Assembly (NCBI GenBank): GCA_965223325.1
Contig: CBDCWI010000002.1
Location: 3,520,001 to 3,584,000 of the forward strand
Direction of reading: 5' to 3'
Length of the DNA stretch: 64,000 nt
Source: Candidatus Multivoradales bacterium
GTDB taxonomy: Bacteria; Acidobacteriota; Thermoanaerobaculia; Multivoradales; Multivoraceae
Shown here: piece by piece, positions 1 to 10,700 of the stretch
Layout: every line of letters begins with the position of its first letter
Numbering within the stretch: the first letter of the stretch is position 1
Position numbers and translations under genes: made by a program
The notes under the pieces: model-generated
Told to the model about the DNA's origin: nothing
What the model saw: the letters and a program-made list of their open reading frames with translations, nothing else
Database searches by the model: none

Positions 1-6
1 GGAGGC

Positions 7-411
7 TTGTTCGAGTTCGCCCCCACCCTCCTCGCCGCGCTCGCAGAAGACGGCCACCTGTTGGCGATTGCTACCGGCAAGAGCCGCGCTGGCCTGGTTC
101 GCGACCTCGACAAAGCCGAACGGGTCGGAACGCCCGTCCGGCGAATGTTTGCCGGCTCGCGCACCGTCGACGAAGCGCCAGCGAAACCGGCGCCCGGCAT
201 GCTGATCGAGCTCATGGATGAGCTCGGGGCGCGGCGCGAGACAACGATCATGGTCGGCGATACGACGCATGACCTCGAAATGGCGCGTGCCGCAGGCTGT
301 GTTTCCGTCGGCGTCCTCTCGGGTGCGATGGAGAGCGAAGAACTCGCCCCCCTTGCCGACGAAGTGCTTCCCGATGCCGCGGGGCTCTTGCAGTGGCTGG
401 CGAGGCGGTGA
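7..411 (+). CDS. HAD-superfamily hydrolase (phosphoglycolate-phosphatase-like), probably 5'-truncated by the window edge
   Basis: ATGKS motif II, KPAPGM (motif III Lys) and VGDTTHDLEMA (motif IV); motif I not seen in the window. Confidence 0.8.
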   Translation: MFEFAPTLLAALAEDGHLLAIATGKSRAGLVRDLDKAERVGTPVRRMFAGSRTVDEAPAKPAPGMLIELMDELGARRETTIMVGDTTHDLEMARAAGCVSVGVLSGAMESEELAPLADEVLPDAAGLLQWLARR

Positions 412-1487
412 CCACTCCGCGCATTCTCGGCGTGGCGCACGCGTTGCCCGAGCACTACTACGACCAGGAAACGCTTCTCGCCCGTCTCGAAAAGGAATGG
501 CAGGCGAAACACTACAACCCCGATCGACTACGCCGCTTGCATGAAAACGTTCTGGTGGGCGGCCGCCATTTGGCACTACCGATTGAGCGTTACGACGCGC
601 TCTCAGGCTTCGGTGCCACCAACGATGCCTGGATCGAAGCGGCGTTGGCGCTCGGCGAGCGAGCTGTCACCGCCGCTCTCGAGGAAGCCGCGGTTTCAGT
701 GGGCGAGGTTTCGGCAATGTTCTTCGTGTCCGTCACCGGCCTGGCGACTCCGTCGCTCGACGCCCGCCTGATGAACCGGATCGCCTTCAAACCGGACCTC
801 AAGCGTATCCCGATCTTCGGCCTCGGCTGCCTCGCCGGTGCGGCGGGAACCGCGCGCGCCAGCGAGTACGTGCGCGCCTTTCCAGGCGAAGTCGCGGTTC
901 TGCTCTCGGTCGAACTGTGTTCGCTGACCCTGCAGCGCGAAGACCTTTCGATTCCCAACCTGATTGCGAGCGGCCTGTTCGGCGACGGTGCAGCGGCAGT
1001 GGTGCTGGGCGGAGAGAATCGTGCAAGTTCAGAGCACCCGTTAGTCGTCGACACGGCGTCTTCGTTCTACCGTGACACCGAAGGGGTGATGGGCTGGCAG
1101 ATCAGCGAGCGCGGTTTTCAAGTGGTGCTGTCGGCCGAGGTTCCGAAGATGGTCGACACCCACCTTCGTCGCGACGTCGATGCGTTTCTCGCTCGCCACG
1201 GCTTGACCGTTGCGGAGATCGAGCACTGGGTTTGTCACCCCGGTGGACCGAAGGTTCTAGAAGCCATGGCGCGGACCCTCGAGTTGCCCGCCGCCGCCCT
1301 GGAGCGCACCTGGCGTTCGCTACGCGAAGTCGGCAACCTGTCTTCGACCTCGGTGCTCCTGGTACTTGAAGAAACCCTGCGCGAGGGAGCGGCTCGCCCG
1401 GGAGACCACGGCGTGATGCTTGCCATGGGGCCAGGGTTCTCTTCCGAGCTGGTCCTGCTTCGATGGCCCGGGGAAGAATCGCGATGA
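408..1487 (+). CDS. Type III polyketide synthase (SrsA/BpsA/FtpA-like alkylresorcinol/alkylpyrone synthase)
   Basis: Catalytic triad GLGC, CHPGG, GNLSS; LFGDGAAAVV; AMGPGFSSE; GTG start overlaps the HAD stop (GTGA). Confidence 0.95.
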   Translation: MTTPRILGVAHALPEHYYDQETLLARLEKEWQAKHYNPDRLRRLHENVLVGGRHLALPIERYDALSGFGATNDAWIEAALALGERAVTAALEEAAVSVGEVSAMFFVSVTGLATPSLDARLMNRIAFKPDLKRIPIFGLGCLAGAAGTARASEYVRAFPGEVAVLLSVELCSLTLQREDLSIPNLIASGLFGDGAAAVVLGGENRASSEHPLVVDTASSFYRDTEGVMGWQISERGFQVVLSAEVPKMVDTHLRRDVDAFLARHGLTVAEIEHWVCHPGGPKVLEAMARTLELPAAALERTWRSLREVGNLSSTSVLLVLEETLREGAARPGDHGVMLAMGPGFSSELVLLRWPGEESR

Positions 1488-2053
1488 GCGCCTCACAAGT
1501 CCTCTTCCTGGCGCTCACGGGCCTTGTAGCCATCGAGCGCCTCGTCGAACTACGCGTTTCGACCAAGAACGCACGCCGCGCCCTGGCGCAGGGGGCGGTT
1601 GAAACTGGCCGGGGCCACTACCCCTTCATGGTGGCCATGCACACCGCGTTTCTCGTTGCCGCGCCCCTAGAGGTCCTGCTCCTCGACCGTCCCTTCAGCC
1701 CGCTTCCCGCCGCGTTGATGGTAACGCTGGTTCTCCTGGCGCAGGCTCTGCGCTGGTGGACGATTCACACCCTGGGCGATCGCTGGACGACGCGCATCAT
1801 CTGCCGCCCGGGGGACCGGGTGGTCAAAGGCGGCCCATTCCGTTTCCTGCGCCACCCCAACTACCTGGCGGTGGTGATCGAGATGCTCGCACTGCCAATG
1901 GTGCACAACGCATTCGTCACGGCGATTCTCTTCTTTGTCCTCAACGGTCTGGTGTTGCGCGCTCGCGTGGCTGCCGAAGAGGAGGCGCTGGGGCGCCTCA
2001 CCGATTGGGACTCGGTTTTCAGTGCCGGTCGCGAGCGCGGTAGGGCACAATGA
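1484..2053 (+). CDS. Isoprenylcysteine-carboxyl-methyltransferase-family membrane methyltransferase (SrsB/BpsB/FtpB-like)
   Basis: ERLVELRVS..N, LGDRWTTRI, GPFRFLRHPNY, R..AEEEAL; ATGA coupling to the PKS. Confidence 0.92.
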   Translation: MSASQVLFLALTGLVAIERLVELRVSTKNARRALAQGAVETGRGHYPFMVAMHTAFLVAAPLEVLLLDRPFSPLPAALMVTLVLLAQALRWWTIHTLGDRWTTRIICRPGDRVVKGGPFRFLRHPNYLAVVIEMLALPMVHNAFVTAILFFVLNGLVLRARVAAEEEALGRLTDWDSVFSAGRERGRAQ

Positions 2054-2352
2054 CCGAGGAAACCCGTCGCAGAGCGACCGTATGCGAGATCCTGTCCCTT
2101 GCCGCTGAGCTGGTTCCGGGCCAGGTAGCGACCGATCTCGAAGAACGAATGGAACGCGGTTTACCCTCCGAGGATCTGCGCGTGGTTGAAGACCTCGGCC
2201 TCGACTCCGTCACGCTCCTGACCCTCGCTGTCGAGGTCGAAGATCATTTCAAGGTCTGCCTCGACGCCGATGACGAGGAGGCCATCGTGACCCTCGGCGA
2301 TCTCGCCGACATAGTCTTGAGAAGAAAGTCTTCGACCGGCACCACTCTCTGA
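2050..2352 (+). CDS. Acyl carrier protein
   Basis: DLGLDSVTLLTLAVEVEDHF phosphopantetheine-Ser motif; small and acidic. Confidence 0.92.
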   Translation: MTEETRRRATVCEILSLAAELVPGQVATDLEERMERGLPSEDLRVVEDLGLDSVTLLTLAVEVEDHFKVCLDADDEEAIVTLGDLADIVLRRKSSTGTTL

Positions 2353-2358
2353 GGCCCC

Positions 2359-4212
2359 ATGACCATCTCCCGAACACTGACCGCTGCCCTCTATGACGCG
2401 GGCCGTTCGCAACGCGGCGCCGAGACCGGCTTGCGCTTTCTCGATCGTCACGAGCGCGAAGAACTGGTTACCTGGAACGAAATCTGGAAGCGCGCCCGCG
2501 CCTTGCAACAGGCGCTTGCGGGAGAGGGCGGGGCGACCGGGCAGGCCGGGGTGGTGCCCGGCCAGCGCATCGCGATCATCTACCCGACCGTGCCAGGCTT
2601 CTTCGACGCCTTTTTAGGTGTCTTGATGGCCGGGGCGATTCCGGTGCCGCTTTATCCGCCCGTGCGCCTGGGGCGCCTTGACGAGTACCACCGCCGGACC
2701 GCACGGATGCTTGATCTGGTCGATGCCACGGGTGTCTTGGCCGACACCGGTGTGGCACGCCTTCTCGGCGAGACGCTGGCAGCAAGTGCAGCCCGGCCCT
2801 GGCTCTTGACGCCACGTGACCTGCGGCCGGTGTCAACTGCCCGCGACACGGAGTCCGGCGCCCCACGCTGGCCGCCGCCGATCCATGCCGATGGTGGTGG
2901 GTTGGCGATGGTTCAGTTCTCCTCGGGGACGACGCGCGAGCCCAAGCCGGTGGCGCTCAGCCACCGGGCGGTTCTCGCTCAGGCCCGCATGCTGGCGAGT
3001 CATTTTCCAGACGGCGGCCGAGGAGGAGACGCTGGGCGCACCCAGAGCGGCGTCAGCTGGCTGCCGCTCTACCACGACATGGGTTTGATCGGCTGCGTGT
3101 TCACAGCCCTGGTGCGTGCTGCCGACCTCACCCTTTTGCCACCCGAAGCGTTCCTCGCCCGTCCGGCGCTCTGGCTGCGGGCGATCTCGAAGGCTCGCGC
3201 CACCGTTTCGCCGGCGCCAAACTTCGCCTACTCACTGTGTGTCGATCGCATTCGCGACGAAGAGCTCGAGGGAGTCGATCTGTCGTCCTGGCAGGTGGCG
3301 CTCAACGGTGCCGAAGCGGTCACGCCAGGGGTCTTGCGTCGCTTCAGCGAGCGCTTTGGCGCCTGGGGCTTCAGGGCCGAAGCTCTAACGCCGGTCTATG
3401 GCCTCGCCGAGGCTTCGCTAGCGGTGACGTTTTCTCCCCCCGAGGAGCGCTTCTTGATCGAACGTTTCGACCAACAGCAACTCGAAACGCGGGGGCTTGC
3501 CGAACCGCTTGCGGCGGGCTCGGAAGAGTCGGCGGTCGAGCTGGTCTCGGTTGGTCGCCCCGTGCCGGGCTTCGACCTCGAGATTCGAAGCGAAGAAGGC
3601 AGGCAGCTGCCCGAGGGTGAGGTCGGCGAGATCTACACGCGCGGCCCGTCGCTCATGGCTGGCTACCTGGGAATGCCCGAAGAGACCGAGCAGGCGCTCG
3701 AAGACGGCTGGCTGCGAACAGGGGATGAAGGCTTCGTCTTTGGCGGCGACCTCTATGTCACCGGCCGCACCCAGGACCTGGTGATCGTTCGTGGTCGCAA
3801 CCACTCTCCCGAGCTCATCGAAGAGGCTGCTTCGCGGGTCCCGGGTGTGCGCACGGGGTGTGTCGTTGCGGCCGGTCATCGCTTCGAGGCGCAGGCGACC
3901 GAGTCGCTCGTGGTCTTTGCCGAGCGTGCGCGCGGCGAACGTCCGGTTGACGCCCTGATCGAGAGCGGCGTTCGAGGCGAGGTGCTTTCTGCGGTGGGGC
4001 TCGAACCCGGCGAGGTGATTCTGCTCGAGCCCGGCGTACTGCCGCGGACGTCGTCGGGCAAGCTCCGGCGCCGAGAGGCCCTCAAGCAACACCTCCAGGG
4101 GCAGCTCGAGGCGCGGCCCGGCCTGTCGCCGGTGCGGCTGGCGCTTGCTTTGTGGCGTTCGGCGCGCGCTCGCCGAATTCTGTCCCGAAGCCTGCCGCGC
4201 GAGCGCTCGTGA
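2359..4212 (+). CDS. Fatty acyl-AMP ligase (FAAL, FtpD-like)
   Basis: FSSGTT..PK, SWLPLYHDMGLIG, PNFAY, YGLAEA, LRTGD, LPRTSSGKLRR; adjacent to ACP and PKS. Confidence 0.92.
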   Translation: MTISRTLTAALYDAGRSQRGAETGLRFLDRHEREELVTWNEIWKRARALQQALAGEGGATGQAGVVPGQRIAIIYPTVPGFFDAFLGVLMAGAIPVPLYPPVRLGRLDEYHRRTARMLDLVDATGVLADTGVARLLGETLAASAARPWLLTPRDLRPVSTARDTESGAPRWPPPIHADGGGLAMVQFSSGTTREPKPVALSHRAVLAQARMLASHFPDGGRGGDAGRTQSGVSWLPLYHDMGLIGCVFTALVRAADLTLLPPEAFLARPALWLRAISKARATVSPAPNFAYSLCVDRIRDEELEGVDLSSWQVALNGAEAVTPGVLRRFSERFGAWGFRAEALTPVYGLAEASLAVTFSPPEERFLIERFDQQQLETRGLAEPLAAGSEESAVELVSVGRPVPGFDLEIRSEEGRQLPEGEVGEIYTRGPSLMAGYLGMPEETEQALEDGWLRTGDEGFVFGGDLYVTGRTQDLVIVRGRNHSPELIEEAASRVPGVRTGCVVAAGHRFEAQATESLVVFAERARGERPVDALIESGVRGEVLSAVGLEPGEVILLEPGVLPRTSSGKLRRREALKQHLQGQLEARPGLSPVRLALALWRSARARRILSRSLPRERS

Positions 4213-5468
4213 CCACAGCGGCCAGCGGCCCGCAGGTGGTGGTGGTGGGCGCTGGACCAACCGGCCTGGCTGTGGCCATTGGTCTTGCGCGCTCAGGAGT
4301 TCGCGTTCGGGTTCTCGAGCGCCGGCGCCTGGCCGAACCGGGCGCTGGCCTCGACAAGCCCTGCGGCGAGGGGTTGATGCCCGACGCGGTGGCTCATCTC
4401 GAGCAACTGGGCGTCGATCTACGGCGGTTACCCAGGGCGCCGTTCGGGGGCATTCGATGGTTCGATACCGAATCGGGCGCGTCGGTCGAAGGGCGCTTTC
4501 CCGGGGGGCCGGGCCTGGGCGTCCGGCGAACGGTGCTCTATCGTGCGCTGATTGAGCGGGCGCAAGAAGTGGGCGTCGGGGTTTCGTACGGCGAACGAGG
4601 CGTGCGGTTGATCGAGCAGAGCCCGAACCGTTATGCGTTGGTGACCGACGCGCGGCGGTACGAGCCGGCGGCGATCGTGGGCGCCGATGGCCTACGCTCG
4701 CGGCTGCGAAGCGATGCGGGTCTCCTGGGGCGATCTCGTTTCCAGACAGAGCGATTTGGAATCAGGCAGCACTTCAGCCTGCCGCAGCCATGGTCGAAGA
4801 AAGCCCGACCGGCGGTCGAAGTGTTCTGGGCCGACCGGGCCGAGGCCTACGTAACACCGGTCGGGCCGTCTGAGATCGGCATCGCATTGCTGTTCGAGAA
4901 GGCGGCACCCGGAGCGGCGCCAACTACGGGCGAACCACCCTTTCAGCGTCACATGGCGCGTTTCCCGGCCCTTGTCAAAAGGCTCGAAGGTGCCACCCCG
5001 GTGTCGAAAGCGCTCGGGACCGGACCGCTGGCCCAATCCGCCCGTGCGGTGGCCGTACGCAATCTGTTCCTGGTTGGAGATGCTGCCGGCTATGTCGACG
5101 CCATCACCGGCGAAGGCCTGGCGGTTGGTTTCGGGGAAGCGCATCACCTGGCCGGCTGCTTGGCACCGCTGGCTGGTTGTTCAAGCAATGCGCATGAGAT
5201 CATTGCCGGCGCCCGTCGCGAGTACCCGGTGCACTCGCGGCGAACTCGCAGGCGCCCCGAGCTCCTGACGCATGCCGCCCTCCGTTTGTCGCGCTCGCGC
5301 AGGCTTCGGCGTAGCGTCATCCGCGGCCTGGCTCGCCGGCCTGTCGCCTTTGACCGGATCCTGGCGCTGCACGTTGGCGAAGGAAAACCATCGGACGCGC
5401 TCGGAGAGCTCCTCCCCATCGTCCCCACGCTTGCCCTCGCCCTGTTGCGGCGACGCTCGCGGAGCTGA
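4209..5468 (+). CDS. FAD-dependent oxidoreductase/monooxygenase (SrsC/FtpE-like)
   Basis: GAGPTG Rossmann motif, DKPCGEGLMP, GADGLRS, VGDAAGYVDAITGEG; GTGA coupling to FAAL. Confidence 0.9.
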   Translation: MTTAASGPQVVVVGAGPTGLAVAIGLARSGVRVRVLERRRLAEPGAGLDKPCGEGLMPDAVAHLEQLGVDLRRLPRAPFGGIRWFDTESGASVEGRFPGGPGLGVRRTVLYRALIERAQEVGVGVSYGERGVRLIEQSPNRYALVTDARRYEPAAIVGADGLRSRLRSDAGLLGRSRFQTERFGIRQHFSLPQPWSKKARPAVEVFWADRAEAYVTPVGPSEIGIALLFEKAAPGAAPTTGEPPFQRHMARFPALVKRLEGATPVSKALGTGPLAQSARAVAVRNLFLVGDAAGYVDAITGEGLAVGFGEAHHLAGCLAPLAGCSSNAHEIIAGARREYPVHSRRTRRRPELLTHAALRLSRSRRLRRSVIRGLARRPVAFDRILALHVGEGKPSDALGELLPIVPTLALALLRRRSRS

Positions 5469-5469
5469 T

Positions 5470-5499
5470 TTGACATGCAACCTTAGGGTTGCATATGGT
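5470..5499 (+). promoter_or_regulatory. Sigma70-type promoter overlapped by a perfect palindromic operator for the ArsR repressor
   Basis: TTGACA at 5470-5475, TATGGT at 5494-5499; ATGCAACC-TTAG-GGTTGCAT at 5475-5494. Confidence 0.75.
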
Positions 5500-5509
5500 C
5501 TCTGCCATC

Positions 5510-5824
5510 GTGAACCAAGTGTTCGAGGCCATTGCAGATCCGACGCGGCGACAGATTCTGGGCTACATCCAGGAGTCGGGCCCGCTGTCGGTCAACGAAG
5601 TTGCCGAGCCCTTCTCGATCAGTCGCCAGGCGGTCACCAAGCACCTCGATGTGCTTTCGAGGGCCGGCCTTGTGCACGTCGAGCGCAGCGGTAGACATCG
5701 ACTGCACCACGTCGACCCCGCGCCGCTCCGCGCTGTGGCCGAGTGGCTAGAGCCGTACTCGGCGGCATGGGACGAGCGGTTAGCGCGCCTCGAGAAGTTC
5801 CTCGACGACCACCCGGAGGGATAG
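5510..5824 (+). CDS. ArsR/SmtB-family transcriptional regulator
   Basis: VFEAIADPTRRQIL, ISRQAVTKHLDVL..AGLV; GTG at 5510 chosen because it lies downstream of the predicted promoter. Confidence 0.92.
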   Translation: MNQVFEAIADPTRRQILGYIQESGPLSVNEVAEPFSISRQAVTKHLDVLSRAGLVHVERSGRHRLHHVDPAPLRAVAEWLEPYSAAWDERLARLEKFLDDHPEG

Positions 5825-5831
5825 AGACGAA

Positions 5832-6251
5832 ATGGACCGAAACGTCATCGAAAAGAGGCTCGAGCTCGAAGCCTCGCCCGAGCGAGTATGGAAGGCGATC
5901 ACCGACCCAGAAGAGGTCAAGCAGTGGTTCGGTGACGGCTGCTCGTGGAAGCTCGAGCCGGGCCACAACGGGTATCTGTCGTGGCAGAAGTACGGGCGTT
6001 TCGCGGTACGCATCGAAGCGGTCGAGGCGCCCAGGAGCCTTGCGTGGCGGTGGACGAGCCGCGCCGATACGCCGATCGAGGCCGACAACTCGACCCTGGT
6101 GGAGTGGGAGCTCCGCCCGCGAGACGACGGCGGAACCACATTGTTGCTGCGCGAGAGTGGGTTCCAGACTCCCGAAAGCTGGAAGGAGAACAACGAGGGT
6201 TGGGACGAAGAGCTCGGCGAGCTGTGCGTTTTGCTTGGCGCGCAGGCCTGA
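5832..6251 (+). CDS. SRPBCC/AHSA1-domain protein
   Basis: ASPERVWKAITDPEEVKQWF, GTTLLLRESGF, NNEGW; typical partner of ArsR. Confidence 0.9.
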   Translation: MDRNVIEKRLELEASPERVWKAITDPEEVKQWFGDGCSWKLEPGHNGYLSWQKYGRFAVRIEAVEAPRSLAWRWTSRADTPIEADNSTLVEWELRPRDDGGTTLLLRESGFQTPESWKENNEGWDEELGELCVLLGAQA

Positions 6252-6254
6252 GGG

Positions 6255-7751
6255 TCAGGCCAGCACCGAGAGCTCGGTCTGGCAGCGCGGTAGCCGGCTG
6301 GCGGTGCCCGTCAGGTACTCGTCGATAGCGGCAGCCGCCCCGCGGCCTTCGTTGATTGCCCAGACCACGAGGCTCTGCCCGCGGCGGCAGTCGCCGGCGG
6401 CGAAGACTCCTTCGGCCGAGGTGTTGAAGCGCCCGTACGGGGCGCTGATGTTTGAGCGCTCGTCGGTTTCGAGACCAAAGGCCGCAGCGAGGGTCGCTTC
6501 GGGGCCGAGAAACCCCATCGCCAAGAGCACAAGGTCTGCCTCGAACGTTTCGTTGCTACCGGGCACTTCCTGCATCGCGAAGCGACCGCCGGCGCCCTTC
6601 GTCCATTCCACCCGAACGGTTTCGATGCCGGTGACATGACCGTTGTCATTGCCGATGAAGCGCTTCGAGAGCACGTTGTACTCCCGTGGATCCCGGCCGA
6701 AGCGCGCCTCGGCTTCGCTGTGACCGTAGTCGACCCGAAAGATGCGTGGCCACAACGGCCACGGGTTGTCGGCAGCGCGCTCCTCAGGTGGACGATCGAG
6801 CAGTTCGAAGTTGACCATCGACCGGCAGCCGTGGCGAATCGACGTGCCGATGCAGTCGGTACCCGTGTCGCCGCCACCGATCACCACGACCCTTCTGCCT
6901 TCGGCAGAAAAGAATCCCGCGCTGGGCTCTCTATCGAGCAACGAGCGCGTGTTCTCGGTCAGGAAGTCCATCGCGAAGTGAATGCCGTCGAGATCGCGAC
7001 CAGGGATCTCGAGGTCGCGCGGCCTGGTCGCACCGCAGGCCAGAAGAAGTGCGTCGTGGTTCTGCCGGAGCGCCTCTGGGTCGACGTTCACGCCAACGTC
7101 CGCGCCAGTCTCAAAGGTCACGCCTTCGGCCTCCATCAGATTCAACCGGCGTTCGACGACGCGACGCTTGTCGAGCTTCATATTGGGAATGCCATACATC
7201 AGAAGCCCGCCCGGGCGGTCCTCGCGTTCAAAGACGGTCACTGTGTGGCCGGCGCGATTGAGTTGGTCTGCAGCCGCAAGGCCCGCCGGGCCGGAGCCAA
7301 CGATCGCTACCGTCTTGCCAGAACGTTCGTGCGGCGGCCGCGGCTCGACCCAGCCTTCGGCGAAACCGCGGTCGATGATCGCGTTCTCGATGTTCTTGAT
7401 CGTCACCGGCGGCGAGGTGATGCCGAGGACACAGGAACCCTCGCAGGGTGCTGGGCACACGCGGCCGGTGAACTCGGGGAAGTTGTTGGTGCGGTGGAGT
7501 CGGTCGAGAGCAGTCTTCCAGCGCCCGCGATAGATCAGGTCGTTCCATTCGGGAATCAGATTGTCGACCGGGCAGCCGGTATCTGACTGGCAGAAGGGAA
7601 CGCCGCAGTCCATGCAGCGCGCTCCCTGGCCACGTAGATGTTCCTCCGCAACCGGCTCGTAGAACTCGCGCCAATGTTCAATGCGCCGCAGCGGATCGGC
7701 GTACGGCACAGTCTGCCGATCGATCTCGAGAAACCCCGTCTTCTTGCCCAT
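6255..7751 (-). CDS. gltD: Glutamate synthase small subunit
   Basis: MGKKTGF start, [58 protein letters not shown]. Confidence 0.97.
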   Translation of the reverse strand: MGKKTGFLEIDRQTVPYADPLRRIEHWREFYEPVAEEHLRGQGARCMDCGVPFCQSDTGCPVDNLIPEWNDLIYRGRWKTALDRLHRTNNFPEFTGRVCPAPCEGSCVLGITSPPVTIKNIENAIIDRGFAEGWVEPRPPHERSGKTVAIVGSGPAGLAAADQLNRAGHTVTVFEREDRPGGLLMYGIPNMKLDKRRVVERRLNLMEAEGVTFETGADVGVNVDPEALRQNHDALLLACGATRPRDLEIPGRDLDGIHFAMDFLTENTRSLLDREPSAGFFSAEGRRVVVIGGGDTGTDCIGTSIRHGCRSMVNFELLDRPPEERAADNPWPLWPRIFRVDYGHSEAEARFGRDPREYNVLSKRFIGNDNGHVTGIETVRVEWTKGAGGRFAMQEVPGSNETFEADLVLLAMGFLGPEATLAAAFGLETDERSNISAPYGRFNTSAEGVFAAGDCRRGQSLVVWAINEGRGAAAAIDEYLTGTASRLPRCQTELSVLA

Positions 7752-7756
7752 CGTCG

Positions 7757-10700
7757 CTACGCCGCCTGTCGGTTCTTGCCGCGAGTCTCTTCGAGAACGC
7801 GACGGTAGTCGGTGGGCATGACCTGGACAAACTGGTCTAGAACCGTGCGCCAGGCGGCTAGGAGCTGTTCGCCGAGCACCGAGCCCGTCCAGGCGGTGTG
7901 CCGCTCGACCAGTCGGCGGAGCTCTGGCAGAAACTCCTCGGCGACCGGTTCGAGACCGACCATGTCGTGATTGGTGTTCGACTGCAGGCGCCCTTCCGGG
8001 TCCCACACCCAGGCGATGCCGCCACTCATGCCGGCGGCGAAGTTGCGTCCCGTTGGCCCCAGAACCACGATCCGGCCGCCGGTCATGTACTCACAACCGT
8101 GGTCGCCAATGCCCTCGATCACCGCTCGTGCTCCCGAGTTGCGGACCGCGAAACGTTCCGCCGCCCGCCCGCGGAAGTAGGCCTCGCCCGAGGTGGCTCC
8201 ATACAATGCGACGTTCCCGATCAGGATGTTTTCCTCGGCGAGGAACGGGCTTTCTTCGGGTGGCCTGACGGTGACGATGCCGCCCGAGAGTCCCTTGCCG
8301 ACATAGTCGTTGGCGTCGCCTTCGAGCTCGAGAGTGATTCCGGGTGCCAGGAAGGCGCCGAAACTCTGCCCCGCTGAGCCTTCGAACCGAAAGTGAATCG
8401 TGCCGTCAGGGAGCCCCTTGGCGCCGTGGGCCTTCATGACCTCGTTCGAGAGCATGGTGCCCACCGCGCGACAGGTGTTCGAGATCTCGATCTCGTGCGA
8501 GGCCTTCTTGCCGTGCTCGAGCGCTGGCCTGGCGCGCTCGATCAACTGGTGATCGAGCGCCAGCTCGAGGCCGTGGTCCTGCGCTCGCGAGTGCGTGACC
8601 AGAACCCCCTCGTGGTGGGGGATCGCCGGAGCAAGGAGCGCGCCGAGGTCCAGGCCGTCGGTCTTCCAGTGGTCCTCGGCCACCTTGCCGTCGATCAGAT
8701 CGACCCGGCCGACCAGCTCGTCGATCGAGCGCACGCCGAGGCGCGCCATGAAGATTCGCGCGTCTTCAGCGACCATGAATAGGTAGTTGACGACGTGTTC
8801 GGGTTTGCCGGCGAAACGCCGCCGGAGTTCCTTGTCCTGGGTGGCAATGCCAACCGGGCAGGTGTTCAGGTGGCACTTGCGCATCATGATGCAGCCAAGG
8901 GTGATGAGCGGTGCGGTCGAAAAGCCGAACTCCTCGGCACCGAGCATCGCCGCGATGACGACGTCGCGGCCGGTCTTGAGCTGCCCGTCGGTCTGCAAAA
9001 CGACGCGCGAGCGCAGGTCGTTGAGCACCAGGGTCTGATGGGTCTCAGCCAGCCCGAGCTCCCACGGTAGGCCGGCGTGCTTGATGCTGGTCAGGGGCGA
9101 AGCGCCCGTGCCACCATCGTGACCAGAGATCAGAATGTGCTCGGCATGCGCCTTGGCGACCCCCGCGGCCACAGTTCCCACACCAACTTCCGAAACCAGC
9201 TTGACCGAAATGCGCGCCTCGCGGTTGGCGTTCTTGAGGTCGTGAATGAGCTGGGCGAGATCCTCGATGGAGTAGATGTCGTGGTGGGGTGGCGGCGAAA
9301 TGAGGCCAACGCCGGGCGTTGAATAGCGCGTCGCGGCGATCACGTCGTCGACCTTGTGACCGGGCAGTTCACCGCCCTCACCGGGCTTGGCACCCTGGGC
9401 GATCTTGATCTGGAGCTCGTCGGCGTTGGTGAGGTACCAGCTGGTGACGCCGAAGCGACCCGAGGCCACCTGCTTGATCGCCGAGCGTTTCGAGTCGCCG
9501 TTGGGAAGCGTCTTGAAGCGCTCCGGGTCTTCGCCACCTTCACCGGTGTTGGACTTCCCGCCCAGCCGGTTCATTGCGATCGCCAGTGTCTCGTGAGACT
9601 CGGCCGAAATCGAACCGAAGCTCATCGCTCCCGTACAGAACCGTCGCACGATGTCTTGTGCCGGCTCGACTTCGTCGAGGGGCACCAGGTAGTCGTCATC
9701 GGGGCGCTCATCACAGCTCAGGCGCAGGAGCCCACGCAGTGTGCAGGCACGAGTGGATTGGCTGTCGGCGGCGCGCGCGAAACGAAAGTAGGCGTCGCGC
9801 TCGCCCGAGCGCGCCGCGTGTTGCAAGAGGGCGATGCTCGGCGGCGACCACATGTGCTTCTCGCCTCCGGCGCGCCAATGGAACTCGCCGTTGTTGGCCA
9901 GGTCATTGCCGACCAGCGAGGTTCTTTCGTTGAGCGGCGGATAGCCGAGCCCATGCCGGCGGAGAGACTCCTCGGCCAGGACCTCGAAGTCGACGCCTTG
10001 CAGGCGGCTGGCGGTGCTGGTGAAGCAGCGCTCGATGACCGTGTCGCGAAGGCCGACCGCCTCGAAAATCTGCGCACCCTTGTAGCTTTGCAGGGTCGAG
10101 ATCCCCATCTTGCCCATGACCTTGAGCATGCCCTTCTTGACCCCGGTGCGATAGCGACGCACGATTTCCTCGTCGGTGGTGTTGGGTTCGGCAGGGCCGG
10201 TGCGCCCGCCGCGCCAGAGAGCCTCGAAGGCCAGGTAGGGGTTGATGGCGTCGGCGCCGTAACCCACCAGCAGGCAGTGGTGGTGAACCTCGCGAGCCTC
10301 GCCACTCTCGAGGACCAGGGCAGAGCGCGTGCGCTTTCGCACCTTCAAAAGGTGTTGGTGAACTGCCCCGCAGGCAACGAGGCTCGGGACCGGAACGCGT
10401 TCGGCTGAAACGGCCCGATCTGAAAGCACCAGAAAGCCTGCCCCCTCGTCGACCGCCGCTTCGGCTTCACGGCAGAGCTCTTCCAAACGGGCCTCCAGAC
10501 CGGCCGGGCCGAGGGCCACATCCCAGGTCATGTCGAGAACGGTCGAGCTCCAAGGCTCGCCGTCGAGCTGCAGGATCGCCTGCAGCTCGCGGTTGTCGAG
10601 GACCGGATGCGGAACCCGAAGCCGCCGGGCGTGTCGCCCTTCGACCTCGCAGAGGTTGCCCTCCGGGCCGATCGGGCACTCGAGCGACATGATCACCGCC

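Noticed and set aside
7752-8006. N-terminal extensions in the ORF track (gltD, ppiD to 29700, TonB receptor from 48625, exoproteins from 56660 and 58675)
   Set aside because: They overlap neighbouring genes or promoters; downstream starts have an RBS and family-typical N-termini
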